64,000 nt of DNA from positions 1 through 64,000 of the forward strand of contig JBCCEA010000009.1 of assembly GCA_039030515.1 (NCBI GenBank), given 5' to 3'. Numbering within the stretch: the first letter of the stretch is position 1; each line of letters begins with the position of its first letter. The notes below the pieces were generated by a model. That model saw only the letters and a list, made by a program, of their open reading frames with translations, made no database searches and had not been told where the DNA came from. This stretch comes from Myxococcota bacterium. GTDB taxonomy: Bacteria; Myxococcota_A; Polyangia; Polyangiales; Houyiibacteriaceae. The position numbers and the translations under genes are program-made. Shown in pieces: positions 1 through 9,278 of the stretch.

Positions 1-29
1 GGTCTTAGCGGCCCGCGCCCCCCCCACCC

Positions 30-227
30 CGCCTCGCTGGGTTTGACCGGCCAGCGCCCGGGATGCGCCGGAGTATTCACGATACGTCGAACGACGAGCA
101 TGGGAGGCAAGCGGCCGTTCAGGCCCAGCGAGGCGTGCTGGAGCGCGGGAGAGAAGGCGTACTTTAGGTACGCTGAGCGACGAGCACCTCCGGAAAGCGG
201 CTGTTTGGGCCGACATAGGCCCGCTAG
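30..227. repeat. Dispersed REP/MITE-like repeat cluster, copy 1 (two degenerate 86-bp-period units plus an inverted partial unit; may extend beyond the window start)
   Basis: 47-nt modules at 95-141 (cgagcatgggaggcaagcggccgttcaggcccagcgaggcgtgctgg) and 181-227 (cgagcacctccggaaagcggctgtttgggccgacataggcccgctag). Each is preceded by a GTAC/GTAT-N4-GTAC/ATAC-type hairpin. The same modules recur at 48117-48405. Confidence 0.85.
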
Positions 228-283
228 TTTTTTGGTGTATCCACTGACAACCTAACCGACCTGAGTCAGATTCCTTCAAGAGT

Positions 284-2737
284 TTGGGAATAAGGACCAT
301 GATCGGCAAGAAAGTATCTCTTCTGTGGGTACGTGGCTTGTACCGTTTTGCAATCACGCTCTTGGTCGTGCAGAGCTGCGGGGTTGCTTGTTCCGGATCC
401 TCGTTTCCGCGTCGTCGACCGAATCACACTGCGCCGCTTCCGGAACTGGTAGAGGATGGATCGTCTGAGCCGTCAAAGTCTGGCGAGATGCACCTCGCAT
501 GGACGGCTCGAGACACACCGAATTGGATTCGAGTCGCACTTTTTATCGACGCTGGAAGTCTTGATGTCGTTCCGCCGCAAGCAGCAACCGTCGCCGCATG
601 GGCAGCAGCGAGCCGATCTGAGCTCGAGGCAAGGGTAACACCAGACAACATCGAGCTATTTACGGAATGCCCGAAACAAAATCTCAATGCATGTCTACAA
701 AGACTTGCTCTTGCGCTCGCTTCGAGGGAGCTCGATGAGGCACAGCTTTCGATATGCCTACGCAGACTGGTCCAGACCAGAAGAAACGCGTTGAGCGACG
801 GCAGGCGATACGCAACACAGCTAGCGATGAGCGCCCTATTCGGCCATGAGCATTGGAATCCTCTCGGTGCGTCCTCAGCAGACATCGAGCTGACGAAGTT
901 AGCGATCGAAGAGTTCTGGAAGACGCACTTTGGACCAGAGCGCGCGCTCGTAGTTCTTGTCGGCGACGTCGAGGGTGAAGATCTCGAAAAAGTAAAGGAC
1001 ATCTTCTCGGACGCGCCGGCCACAAGCATCGAACGCCGCCCGCTCCCCGAGCCATCCCGATTGGCACAAGAGGTTGTCGTCACAGCATCGGTTGGGACAA
1101 GCAGAATCGCTACCCTCGCCTTCTCCGCCCCCGACACATCGACTGCTCGCTCCGCTTCATACTGGATTCAAAAATGGTACGAACAGCCTGATGTCGAGTT
1201 CGAAGCTTTTTCGGTGAGAAATGTCTCTTTGCTCCTCATTCACCTCAAGCAACCTTCGGCTAGCGTCGTGCAGCACATGGCTTGGGCGGGCACAAACGCG
1301 ATTTTGCACCCCATAGAAAATACGCCTCCAGCAACCTCACCCGACTCGACCGCAAGGTTGTCACGGCAGATCGGATACCGCTGGTCCAGTCAGAGTCGTC
1401 GACCCCAGCGATCTGGCGGCGATGTGTCGCACGGTGTCCCGCACCTCGGCATCGGCGTTGTTTCCCCTACCGGGACATCGGATACGGAGCTGAGCCTCGT
1501 CGAGGAATTCAACACCGCAGCCAAGCGGGGTCGCGATATTGCCTCAACTCGGGCGAGCCTTGTTTGGGAGGGTCGCGATGCGACCGCCACCCTGGCTAAC
1601 GGAAGCAAACTCAGAGTCCGACGTCGCCTCGGACACGAACGAAGCGCGATTGCGGTCGGGTTTCAGGTAGGTGCAAGCCACGATCCCCCCGGACTTCATG
1701 GCCGAAGCGCCTTGGCGGCACACTCGCTGGTCGAATCGTGTGCGCGCGCGCTTCCAAGCCAGTGGTCTTTGGTACCTCTGGTCACCGCCGAGTGGACCGG
1801 ATTCGTACTTGAGACACCGAGCTGGACCTTCAACCGGGCGATCGGTCACGCCATGGCTTGCACACTCCGCTCGCCCACGACGGCGCACATCGCAAAGGCG
1901 CGATCTCTTCTTCTAGAGCAAAGCGAGCATCCCTCCCGCCGATCGGCGACTTGGGCGGCTCACGCTCTCGCTCCAGATCGGCCCGGACTGATCGCACCCC
2001 ACGGAGCAAAAGAGACGCTCGGAAACGTCACCGCGCGCGAAGTTAGAGCGCTCTTGAACCGCATCGTCATCGCGGGCCAAACGACTGTCGTCCTGCTCTC
2101 GGATGAAAACCTTCAAGCCCACGCCGATCGAGCAGCTCGCTGGCTAGCGCTTTTGCCTCAATCTGGTCGGGCACTGTCGGAGGTCTTAGCTAACGCTGAG
2201 CAAGCATCGTTTTCTTCGCCGCAAGACCCGATAACCAAAGATTGGCGTGAATCTCCGTCTCAAGTGTCCATCACCTTTGCGCTTGAGTCCGTAGATCTAT
2301 CCAGGCTTTTATTGCGTTCTTGGATGCAAGCATTTGCGATGCGTCTCACACGAGAACTGCCTAGTGATATCCACTGGCAAGAAGGTGGATCAAGTTCTGC
2401 CGGAAGCTGGGTTTCTATTGGCATTGAAATCGACTCGAGGTTCTTCGACGCGGTGCCCGCAGCGGTGAGAAGAGCTCAACAAGTGTCCTTGAACGACCTT
2501 GAATCTCGACTCGTGCACAACCGAAACGAGTTGCAACGTCAAACAGCTGAGACGCATCTCGCCGCCGCGCTACTCCTGACGCAGGCCGGGCTATTGGACC
2601 GGGAGCAGACTGGGGTTGAGTTTCACGCTTCAGAGCTTCAAGGCTTCCTCGACAACGCCAGCCGGAGCACACCACGCTACGTGATCGGTCATCCTCGTGC
2701 TCGCTCGTCCTCTGCGATAGAGCCTGGAGGACGTTGA
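284..2737 (+). CDS. M16 (insulinase)-like protein, probably exported and catalytically inactive
   Basis: 817-aa ORF (start may be ATG 299). M16-like segments 'FWKTHFGPERALVVLVGD' and 'TLANGSKLRV...VGASHDPPGLHGRSALAAHSL'. No intact HxxEH. Hydrophobic N-terminus with Cys (possible lipobox). Confidence 0.65.
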   Translation: MGIRTMIGKKVSLLWVRGLYRFAITLLVVQSCGVACSGSSFPRRRPNHTAPLPELVEDGSSEPSKSGEMHLAWTARDTPNWIRVALFIDAGSLDVVPPQAATVAAWAAASRSELEARVTPDNIELFTECPKQNLNACLQRLALALASRELDEAQLSICLRRLVQTRRNALSDGRRYATQLAMSALFGHEHWNPLGASSADIELTKLAIEEFWKTHFGPERALVVLVGDVEGEDLEKVKDIFSDAPATSIERRPLPEPSRLAQEVVVTASVGTSRIATLAFSAPDTSTARSASYWIQKWYEQPDVEFEAFSVRNVSLLLIHLKQPSASVVQHMAWAGTNAILHPIENTPPATSPDSTARLSRQIGYRWSSQSRRPQRSGGDVSHGVPHLGIGVVSPTGTSDTELSLVEEFNTAAKRGRDIASTRASLVWEGRDATATLANGSKLRVRRRLGHERSAIAVGFQVGASHDPPGLHGRSALAAHSLVESCARALPSQWSLVPLVTAEWTGFVLETPSWTFNRAIGHAMACTLRSPTTAHIAKARSLLLEQSEHPSRRSATWAAHALAPDRPGLIAPHGAKETLGNVTAREVRALLNRIVIAGQTTVVLLSDENLQAHADRAARWLALLPQSGRALSEVLANAEQASFSSPQDPITKDWRESPSQVSITFALESVDLSRLLLRSWMQAFAMRLTRELPSDIHWQEGGSSSAGSWVSIGIEIDSRFFDAVPAAVRRAQQVSLNDLESRLVHNRNELQRQTAETHLAAALLLTQAGLLDREQTGVEFHASELQGFLDNASRSTPRYVIGHPRARSSSAIEPGGR

Positions 2738-2762
2738 CTGAGAACGGGCCCCGTGATAGCCA
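2734..2762 (+). promoter_or_regulatory. Putative sigma70 promoter of the TetR gene
   Basis: TTGACT (2734-2739), 17 bp spacer, then TAGCCA (2757-2762) with an extended TG; lies immediately upstream of the operator palindrome. Confidence 0.45.
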
Positions 2763-2763
2763 C

Positions 2764-2781
2764 AAAATGAACGTTCATTCA
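2764..2781. promoter_or_regulatory. FadR(YsiA)-box-like operator
   Basis: Perfect 14-bp palindrome AATGAACGTTCATT (2766-2779) within AAAATGAACGTTCATTCA. Resembles the Bacillus FadR box TGAATGA-N4-TCATTCA and ends 7 bp before the TetR start codon. Confidence 0.7.
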
Positions 2782-2788
2782 TTGGATC

Positions 2789-3481
2789 ATGGGCTCAGAG
2801 CGTCATAAAAATCGGCAAAGCAATCGAGGTCATGAGACTCGCGCCGTAAGCCATGGGCAGGTGGATGAGCGTGGGCAGGCGGGCGGCCATGAGCGTGCAG
2901 AAGGGAAGCGGGAACGGATCCTCGCCTCTGCAATACGCGTGTTCGCGGAAAAGGGTTTCTACGCGACGCGCGTGAGCGAAATCGCAAAGGCGGCCGGCGT
3001 AGCAGACGGAACGATTTATCTCTACTTCAAGAGCAAAGATGATGTACTGATCTCCATCTTTGAAGATCGCTTGAGTCGATTGCTGGAGGTTTTGCGGAAG
3101 GAAGTCGCCGGAGAATCGAACGTGGAGCGGCAACTCGAAAAAATCGTCGATATTCAGCTCGGTTTAATCGACGGTCGCGACCTTGCCGAAGTCCTGACAG
3201 TAAATCTGCGACAATCCTCCAAGCTCCTCAAGCAGTATGCCGAACCCCGCTTTCGTGAATACCTATGCATCATCGCCAATGTCATCGCGTCAGGCCAAGC
3301 AGAGGGGACGTTCAGAAAAGACGTCAGCCCAGGAATCGCAGCAAGATCTCTGTGGGGAGCACTCGACGGGCTCACGATGACGTGGGCGCTGAGCGGGGCC
3401 GAACCAAGCAACTTGAGGAAGGCTGCACGACAGTTTCTTTCGATCTACCTCGCGGGGCTAAAAACGCCTCGGCAAACGTAA
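2789..3481 (+). CDS. TetR/AcrR-family regulator, FadR(YsiA)-like fatty-acid degradation repressor
   Basis: TetR HTH 'RERILASAIRVFAEKGFYATRVSEIAKAAGVADGTIYLYFKSKDD'. Directly upstream of etfBA, with a FadR-box-like operator. Confidence 0.9.
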   Translation: MGSERHKNRQSNRGHETRAVSHGQVDERGQAGGHERAEGKRERILASAIRVFAEKGFYATRVSEIAKAAGVADGTIYLYFKSKDDVLISIFEDRLSRLLEVLRKEVAGESNVERQLEKIVDIQLGLIDGRDLAEVLTVNLRQSSKLLKQYAEPRFREYLCIIANVIASGQAEGTFRKDVSPGIAARSLWGALDGLTMTWALSGAEPSNLRKAARQFLSIYLAGLKTPRQT

Positions 3482-3483
3482 AC

Positions 3484-3512
3484 TTGACTCAAAAGCAGCA
3501 CACACCTAGACC
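3484..3512 (+). promoter_or_regulatory. Putative sigma70 promoter of etfBA
   Basis: TTGACT (3484-3489), 17 bp spacer, TAGACC (3507-3512); GGAGG RBS before ATG 3543. Confidence 0.45.
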
Positions 3513-3542
3513 CCAAAAAGCTCGATAAATCGGAGGCTTACT

Positions 3543-4382
3543 ATGAAGATACTCGTCCCCGTGAAACGGGTCGCCGACCCGGACAATGCAAATAAGGTGA
3601 AAGTTTCGAGTGACGGCTCTCAGATCAGCACCGAAGGTCTGGAATGGAAAATGAATCCGTTCGACGAGTGGGCCTTAGAGGCAGCACTGCGCTTGACGGA
3701 AAACGGAGAAACGAAAAAGCGAGAAGGCGAAGTCGTTCTGGTTTCCATTGGGCCTCAAGACGCTACGCAAACCATCCGCCAAGGACTCGCCATGGGTGCC
3801 GACAGAGCGATTCTGGTGGAAGCGGAGGACGAGCAGCTCGATTCCGCGTCGGTGGCAAAGATCCTAGCTGCGGTGGCAGCCAAAGAAACTCCGGATATTG
3901 TGCTGATGGGAAAACAAGCGGCCGACGGGGATTCCAACGCGACGAGTCAAGCGCTTGCGGAGCATCTCGGTTGGCCCATGGCGACCTCGGCGATGACCCT
4001 AAAGACCAGCGACGGCGGCAAGTTGTTCACCATAAAACGCGAACTGGACACGGGCGTGTTGACCCTTGAGATCGACGGGCCCGCTGTGCTGAGCGCATCC
4101 GATCGAATCCTCCAACCTGAAGCCGTAAGAAACGGAGTGACTCCGGAGACCTTCGCCTACCCGGAAACGGAAGGGGGGCGCTACGCATCTCTTAAGGGGA
4201 TTATGGCCGCCAAGAAAAAGCCCATCGACAAAACGACTCCTCAAGAACTGAACGTGGAGATGACCACCTTAGTCGAATACATGGGGTTCACGCTTCCTCC
4301 TGCCCGGTCTGGGGAAACTGCGTTTATCGAAACTGTGGGGGAACTCGTCAGCAAATTAAAGTCTGAAGCTAAGGTCCTCTAG
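3543..4382 (+). CDS. etfB: Electron transfer flavoprotein subunit beta
   Basis: 'MKILVPVKRV', 'MNPFDEWALEAAL', 'GKQAADGD', 'RYASLKGIMAAKKKP'. Confidence 0.96.
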   Translation: MKILVPVKRVADPDNANKVKVSSDGSQISTEGLEWKMNPFDEWALEAALRLTENGETKKREGEVVLVSIGPQDATQTIRQGLAMGADRAILVEAEDEQLDSASVAKILAAVAAKETPDIVLMGKQAADGDSNATSQALAEHLGWPMATSAMTLKTSDGGKLFTIKRELDTGVLTLEIDGPAVLSASDRILQPEAVRNGVTPETFAYPETEGGRYASLKGIMAAKKKPIDKTTPQELNVEMTTLVEYMGFTLPPARSGETAFIETVGELVSKLKSEAKVL

Positions 4383-4412
4383 GCGGACAGTCCACCGGAA
4401 GGAAAAATCAAG

Positions 4413-5393
4413 ATGAAGAAGATCCTTATCGTTGCGGAAATGCTTGAGGGCGAAGTTCGTAAAGCCACCTTATCAGCAATGGCGATGGCCAAGACCGTTG
4501 CAGCAGCGTCGGAGGGCACCTACGACGTTTTAGTTTTGGGGGACGGTGCGGAGGCTGCTGGCGAACAGATGAGCAGCTACGGCGCAGAAAAAGTGATCAC
4601 CTGCGAGATCGAGGGTGGCTACGTTTGCGAACGATACGCGGCCACCCTCGAAAAAGTCGTCCGGGACGGCGATTATACTATCGTGGTCGCGACGGCCAGC
4701 GCCTTCGGCAAAGATCTGTTGCCGAGGGTCGCAGCCAAGCTAGGCGCCGGAGTCGCATCGGATATTTCCGGTGTCGATGTCGACGGTGAGGAGGTCGTTT
4801 ACACCCGTCCAATGTACGCGGGCAACGTGATCGGACGCCTCAAGGTCACTTCGGATATTGCCGTAGTCACGGTGCGCCAGGCCGATTTCGAAGCTGCGGC
4901 ACCGGACGATGAAGAGAGCGATCTGGAGTCGATTGACATGGAGCAGGAAGAAGTTTCCTCGAAGATTCGCTTTGTCGGTTTGGAACAGGTCAAAAGTGAG
5001 CGGCCCGAGCTTTCCGAGGCTGACGTCGTCGTGTCCGGAGGTCGGGCACTGAAGAGCTCTGAAAACTTTGAGAAGGTACTTGAACCTTTGGTGGACTCTC
5101 TTAACGCCGCGATGGGTGCTTCCCGAGCAGCTTGCGATGCTGGGTACGTCTCCCCAGAACTACAGGTGGGGCAGACCGGTAAGGTGGTCGCCCCGAAACT
5201 CTACATCGCCGTTGGCATCAGTGGAGCCATTCAACACCTCGCAGGAATGAAGGGGAGCAAGATCATTGTCGCGATAAACAAAGACAAAGAAGCTCCTATC
5301 GCCCAGGTTGCCGATTATTTCCTGGCTGAAGATCTATTCAAAGCCGTACCGGAACTGACACAAGCAGTAGACCAGGCGAAGGCAGATCGCTGA
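4413..5393 (+). CDS. etfA: Electron transfer flavoprotein subunit alpha
   Basis: 'VVSGGRAL', 'GASRAACDAG', 'QVGQTGKVVAPKLYIAVGISGAIQHLAGMK'. Confidence 0.97.
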   Translation: MKKILIVAEMLEGEVRKATLSAMAMAKTVAAASEGTYDVLVLGDGAEAAGEQMSSYGAEKVITCEIEGGYVCERYAATLEKVVRDGDYTIVVATASAFGKDLLPRVAAKLGAGVASDISGVDVDGEEVVYTRPMYAGNVIGRLKVTSDIAVVTVRQADFEAAAPDDEESDLESIDMEQEEVSSKIRFVGLEQVKSERPELSEADVVVSGGRALKSSENFEKVLEPLVDSLNAAMGASRAACDAGYVSPELQVGQTGKVVAPKLYIAVGISGAIQHLAGMKGSKIIVAINKDKEAPIAQVADYFLAEDLFKAVPELTQAVDQAKADR

Positions 5394-5891
5394 AACGGAT
5401 GCGATCTCTCGCGAGGCTCTAGCCTGCCGCGACTCGGAATTCTCGATATCCCGCTCCCGGCAGGCCAGTGCTTCACAGACCGAACCAACCTAAAATCAAC
5501 TGGAATCCTATTCCAAAAAGTAGCTGCTCAAATGTATCCGCTACTGCCACGTCTCGATGATGGATACGCTCGATATGGACCGCGAACGTACCATACATGT
5601 CAAACGACCCCCGAATACGGCTACATCCAAAACCCGTGAGCGACGTATCCGGGGGGCCTGGTCAGCGCCAGAGTGTTCGACCAGCGCCACAAGCTTGATC
5701 GTGCCGCGCAGTGATGGCTATCATGCTGAAGCGATTCCGTTTTTCCTCAACCTGGACTGTGGACGTACAGCGTGAACCGAATCCTCGATCGGCGGACGCC
5801 ACCTTTGCTCGCGTGGGCTGATTGCTGGCGAACACGAAGCTTCATGCGAATCCTCTACAACCCAGAGCGGCCAAAATAGGTAACCATCGAG

Positions 5892-7694
5892 ATGAAGATC
5901 GTCTGCGACAGCTGTAGTGCGAAATATTCCATTGCTGACGAGAAAGTTGCCGGCAAGGTATTCAAGATCCGCTGCAAGAAATGCGGTGCGATCATCGTTG
6001 TACGTGGAGATCACCTCACACCTGCCGAAGTAGACCAGCGCGAAGAATCCGCCACGGTCGAATACAGCGGCGAGGCGATTTGGTACGTCGTAATCGATGG
6101 GGAGCAACAGGGACCTTATGTTCCCGCCCAGCTAAGCACGCTCTTGGCGGAGGGGACGATCGACTGGGAGAGTTACGTCTGGCGGGAAGGCTTCGACGGA
6201 TGGAAGGCGTGTCGCGATGTGGTCGAGCTTGTCAGCGAGATCAACGGTGGTGCGACGACCGTCGCCGCCGCCCCTCACGAGAATTTCACCCAAGACTCTA
6301 CGGACTCTACACCGATTGCTGAAACCCACTTCGCCGACAACGCCTCTTTCACCGACGCCGCCGAGTCTTCAGATTCAGGCGCGAGCGCCACATTCTCGGC
6401 AACGACCGGCAGTGCTGCGGTGTCTCGAAACGACGCCGGAGCCGATCTTTTCGCACAGCCTGACGCCGCCTCACCGTTTGGATCAGACCTGGAACCGGCG
6501 GAGCCTCAGGTACCTGCCGTATCGAATCAAGCAAGTTCAGAGGAATCGATGACCGGTCAACGGAATGAGAATTCCGTGCTGTTCTCACTGCAGAATCTGC
6601 AGGCATTGGCCACCGGATCGGAGCACGAACCCCAACAACCAGCCAATGCACGCCCGGCGGCTCCTGATACTCAAAGTTCTCGCGAGGGTTCAGGGCTCAT
6701 CGATATACGTGCCCTCGCAAACGCCGCGCAGTCTACAGATGCTCCGTTTCCGAACTCGAATCAAAATGTAGACGATCTTTTGTCTATCGGAGCTGGTCCA
6801 AGTCCTCTTTCAGGGGGGGGGCTGGGCGCACCGGTATTGGGTCCGATAGCACCTGAACGAGAGCGTAGCTCTAAGGTTCCGGTCGCCATAGTTAGTGCTG
6901 CAGCGATGATTTTAGTTGCCTCTGTTCTGCTAGTGTTTGCACTGCGAGGTGAGAGCGAGGAGACCACAGTTGCGGCTATTGACACTCCGGCGGCCGCCGC
7001 CACCGGAAGCATCACGGCGCCCACAACTCCGGAACAGCGCCCTAGTGTGGACACGCCCGCAGAAGCTATCGATCCGGAGCGAAACACGCGAGATGACGGT
7101 GAGTCCGGGCGTGCAGCCGAGGGAACTAGGCGTACAACCGAGACTCAGCAACAGAACACATCTCGGAGAAGAGATCGAGAAGCCGAGCGACGCAGGCAGC
7201 TCAAGCAGAAGCGCAACGCGACCGCATCATCGGAAACCACGGCACCTTCAAAAGCTGCGACAAACAAAAACACTGCCGTGACGACGACCGCCACAAGCAC
7301 CATGGCTCAAGGGTCGTCTAGATCGTCTTCCATGAGCGGTAACCGTACCGATCTCGAAACCCTCCTGGATCGCGCGGTGAGCGACAACAGCGCATCGTCT
7401 ATGCAGCCGGCAATGGTGGAGCAAAACCTACCAGAGGCCCCTGATCGATCGGCGGTGCGATCTGCTCTCACGCGGGTTGCGCCTCAAGTAGCCGCATGTG
7501 GAAACGGGCAGCACGGTACAGCCTTTGCGGCGGTTACCGTGAGTGGCGCAAGCGGTCGAGTTACAAACGTGCAGGTTACAGGAGAATTTGCGGGGACAGC
7601 GGTGGGTTCCTGTGTCGCCCGTGCCGTCCGAGGTGCTCAGTTCCCCCGATTCTCAAGGTCAACCTTTTCGGTTAATTTTCCTTACCGGATTTGA
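5892..7694 (+). CDS. Zinc-ribbon + GYF_2 + TM + TonB-C-like membrane protein (GltJ/AgmX-like gliding-motility paralog)
   Basis: N-terminal CxxC...CxxC 'CDSC...CKKC'; GYF_2 'WYVVIDGEQQGPY...YVWREGFDGW'; conserved linker motifs 'GQRNENSVLFSL' and 'SGLIDIRALA'; one TM helix; C-terminal domain 'GSCVARAVRGAQFPRF...VNFPYRI'. Confidence 0.8.
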   Translation: MKIVCDSCSAKYSIADEKVAGKVFKIRCKKCGAIIVVRGDHLTPAEVDQREESATVEYSGEAIWYVVIDGEQQGPYVPAQLSTLLAEGTIDWESYVWREGFDGWKACRDVVELVSEINGGATTVAAAPHENFTQDSTDSTPIAETHFADNASFTDAAESSDSGASATFSATTGSAAVSRNDAGADLFAQPDAASPFGSDLEPAEPQVPAVSNQASSEESMTGQRNENSVLFSLQNLQALATGSEHEPQQPANARPAAPDTQSSREGSGLIDIRALANAAQSTDAPFPNSNQNVDDLLSIGAGPSPLSGGGLGAPVLGPIAPERERSSKVPVAIVSAAAMILVASVLLVFALRGESEETTVAAIDTPAAAATGSITAPTTPEQRPSVDTPAEAIDPERNTRDDGESGRAAEGTRRTTETQQQNTSRRRDREAERRRQLKQKRNATASSETTAPSKAATNKNTAVTTTATSTMAQGSSRSSSMSGNRTDLETLLDRAVSDNSASSMQPAMVEQNLPEAPDRSAVRSALTRVAPQVAACGNGQHGTAFAAVTVSGASGRVTNVQVTGEFAGTAVGSCVARAVRGAQFPRFSRSTFSVNFPYRI

Positions 7695-7704
7695 GCCGCC
7701 GCAC

Positions 7705-7787
7705 CGCAGCTTCAGACGATATCGCAGCTCCAGACGATATCGCAGCTTCAGACGATATCGCAGCTTCAGACGATATCGCAGCTTCAG
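7705..7787. repeat. Intergenic 18-bp tandem repeat, about 4.6 copies
   Basis: Unit CGCAGCTTCAGACGATAT at 7705, 7723 (1 mismatch), 7741 and 7759, partial at 7777. Lies between convergent stop codons. Confidence 0.95.
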
Positions 7788-7811
7788 CTCATAGAGCATT
7801 CTGCTTCGAGA

Positions 7812-9278
7812 TCAGCTTATCTGCTCTAGAAAAGCCACAGCCGTAGAAACTCCGAATCCCGTGCCTCCCTGGGGTAGGTACTCATGTTCCTTTTCAGTAA
7901 ACGAAGGCCCGGCGATGTCGAGGTGCGCCCAGCGTGTTTTACCGACGAATTCCGACAAAAATAAGGCCGCAGTGATACTGCCACCATAAGGCAGAGAGGA
8001 AATATGCTTTAGATCTGCAATATCGCTTGCAAGGGTTTTCTTCAAGTCATCATCTAGCGGCATCTTCCATAGAGACTCTCCGCTTTGCGTCGAGGACGCA
8101 TAATACATCTCAAGAAGCTCTGGGTCATTCGCATAAAGCCCCGCAGTCCAGGGACCCAAAGCAACCATGCAGGCACCCGTAAGTGTCGCGTGGTCGATCA
8201 TAAAATCCGGCTCGAGCTCTCGAGCCCAAGCCAGCACATCCGCGAGCACAAGTCGTCCTTCGGCGTCGGTATTGGCGATCTCAACAGTCTTACCGTCGTA
8301 AGACGAGTACACATCTCCTGGCCGGTACGCAAAACTTCCGGTCATGTTCTCAGTTGAACCGATCACTCCGTGAACCTCGATGGGGAGCTTGAGTCGCGCT
8401 GCGGCGAGAACCGCTCCGATTGTGGTTGCCGCGCCTCCCATATCGCATTTCATATGAGCCATCGCTTTCGCTGGCTTGAGGCAGAGGCCTCCAGAGTCGA
8501 AGGTGAGACCTTTACCGACAAACACAACGCGCTTCTTGCTGTTTTTGGGAGTCCAACTCATGTGAATAAGACGTGGCTCCACACCGCTACCCGCGTTGAC
8601 CGCAAGAAACAGAGGCATACCCGCGGCTTCTATCTGAGCTTTACCCCAGACATCACAAGTCACGCCGTACTGACTACATGCCTCTGCCGCGAAATCCGCA
8701 AGAGCCGGAGGGTTGATCACATTTGGAGGCCCGTTGACAAGATCGCGCGCTACGTTAATCGCTTCGCCTACGATCACCCCCTCCTCCACGGCATTTGAAA
8801 ACCGCTCAGCAAGACTTGGAACGAGTAGGACTGCCTTTTTGAGACCACCCTTGGGCTTGCGATTGCCGGTAAAAAAGCGATCGTAACGGTACGGACCCGT
8901 CGTCAAACCCTCCGCACCGGCGCGAACCAGGGCTTCGGTGGCTTCGGGCACACGAACGGCGATGGTCTTCTGGCGCCTAACCGAGCGCGCGCCGATAACC
9001 GATGCCAGTCGAATACCATCCGCATGGGAGACGCAGCTTCCCAAACCGACCAAGACGATCCAGGACGCCTTGACGCGCCCACGGGCAGGTACCTTGAGCG
9101 TCTCGCCTTCCTTTCCGGTGAAGCCTTCATCTTTGACGTGTTGCATCAAGGCTCCGGACATCGCCTTATCGAGCTTGACAACATCGTCGTCTTTTCCGAC
9201 TCCCTTTTCGAGGATCCCGAGTACCAGGATCTCCGTTGAAATATGGGTTACCGATTCGGTCGAAAGCGAAATCTTCAT
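7812..9278 (-). CDS. pepA: Leucyl aminopeptidase (M17)
   Basis: 'VGKGLTFDSGG', 'MKCDMGG', 'NTDAEGRL', 'HLDIAG'. Start set at ATG 9278 (MKISL) with a GGAGAG RBS. Confidence 0.95.
   Translation of the reverse strand: MKISLSTESVTHISTEILVLGILEKGVGKDDDVVKLDKAMSGALMQHVKDEGFTGKEGETLKVPARGRVKASWIVLVGLGSCVSHADGIRLASVIGARSVRRQKTIAVRVPEATEALVRAGAEGLTTGPYRYDRFFTGNRKPKGGLKKAVLLVPSLAERFSNAVEEGVIVGEAINVARDLVNGPPNVINPPALADFAAEACSQYGVTCDVWGKAQIEAAGMPLFLAVNAGSGVEPRLIHMSWTPKNSKKRVVFVGKGLTFDSGGLCLKPAKAMAHMKCDMGGAATTIGAVLAAARLKLPIEVHGVIGSTENMTGSFAYRPGDVYSSYDGKTVEIANTDAEGRLVLADVLAWARELEPDFMIDHATLTGACMVALGPWTAGLYANDPELLEMYYASSTQSGESLWKMPLDDDLKKTLASDIADLKHISSLPYGGSITAALFLSEFVGKTRWAHLDIAGPSFTEKEHEYLPQGGTGFGVSTAVAFLEQIS

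Noticed and set aside
30..227. CRISPR array interpretation of the repeat units
   Set aside because: Only two strongly diverged units, inverted copies elsewhere, and no cas genes.
43..255. 70-aa ORF
   Set aside because: It lies wholly within the dispersed repeat, and the same peptide appears at the 48 kb copy, so it is most likely a repeat translation.
5394..5891. ncRNA or small ORF (5557-5775) in the 500-bp gap
   Set aside because: No recognisable tRNA, SRP, 6S or riboswitch pattern and no protein-like features; an sRNA cannot be excluded.
7705..7787. CRISPR or coding (RRYRSF) interpretation of the 18-bp array
   Set aside because: No spacers; the 7543-7794 ORF is an off-frame overlap of the upstream gene.
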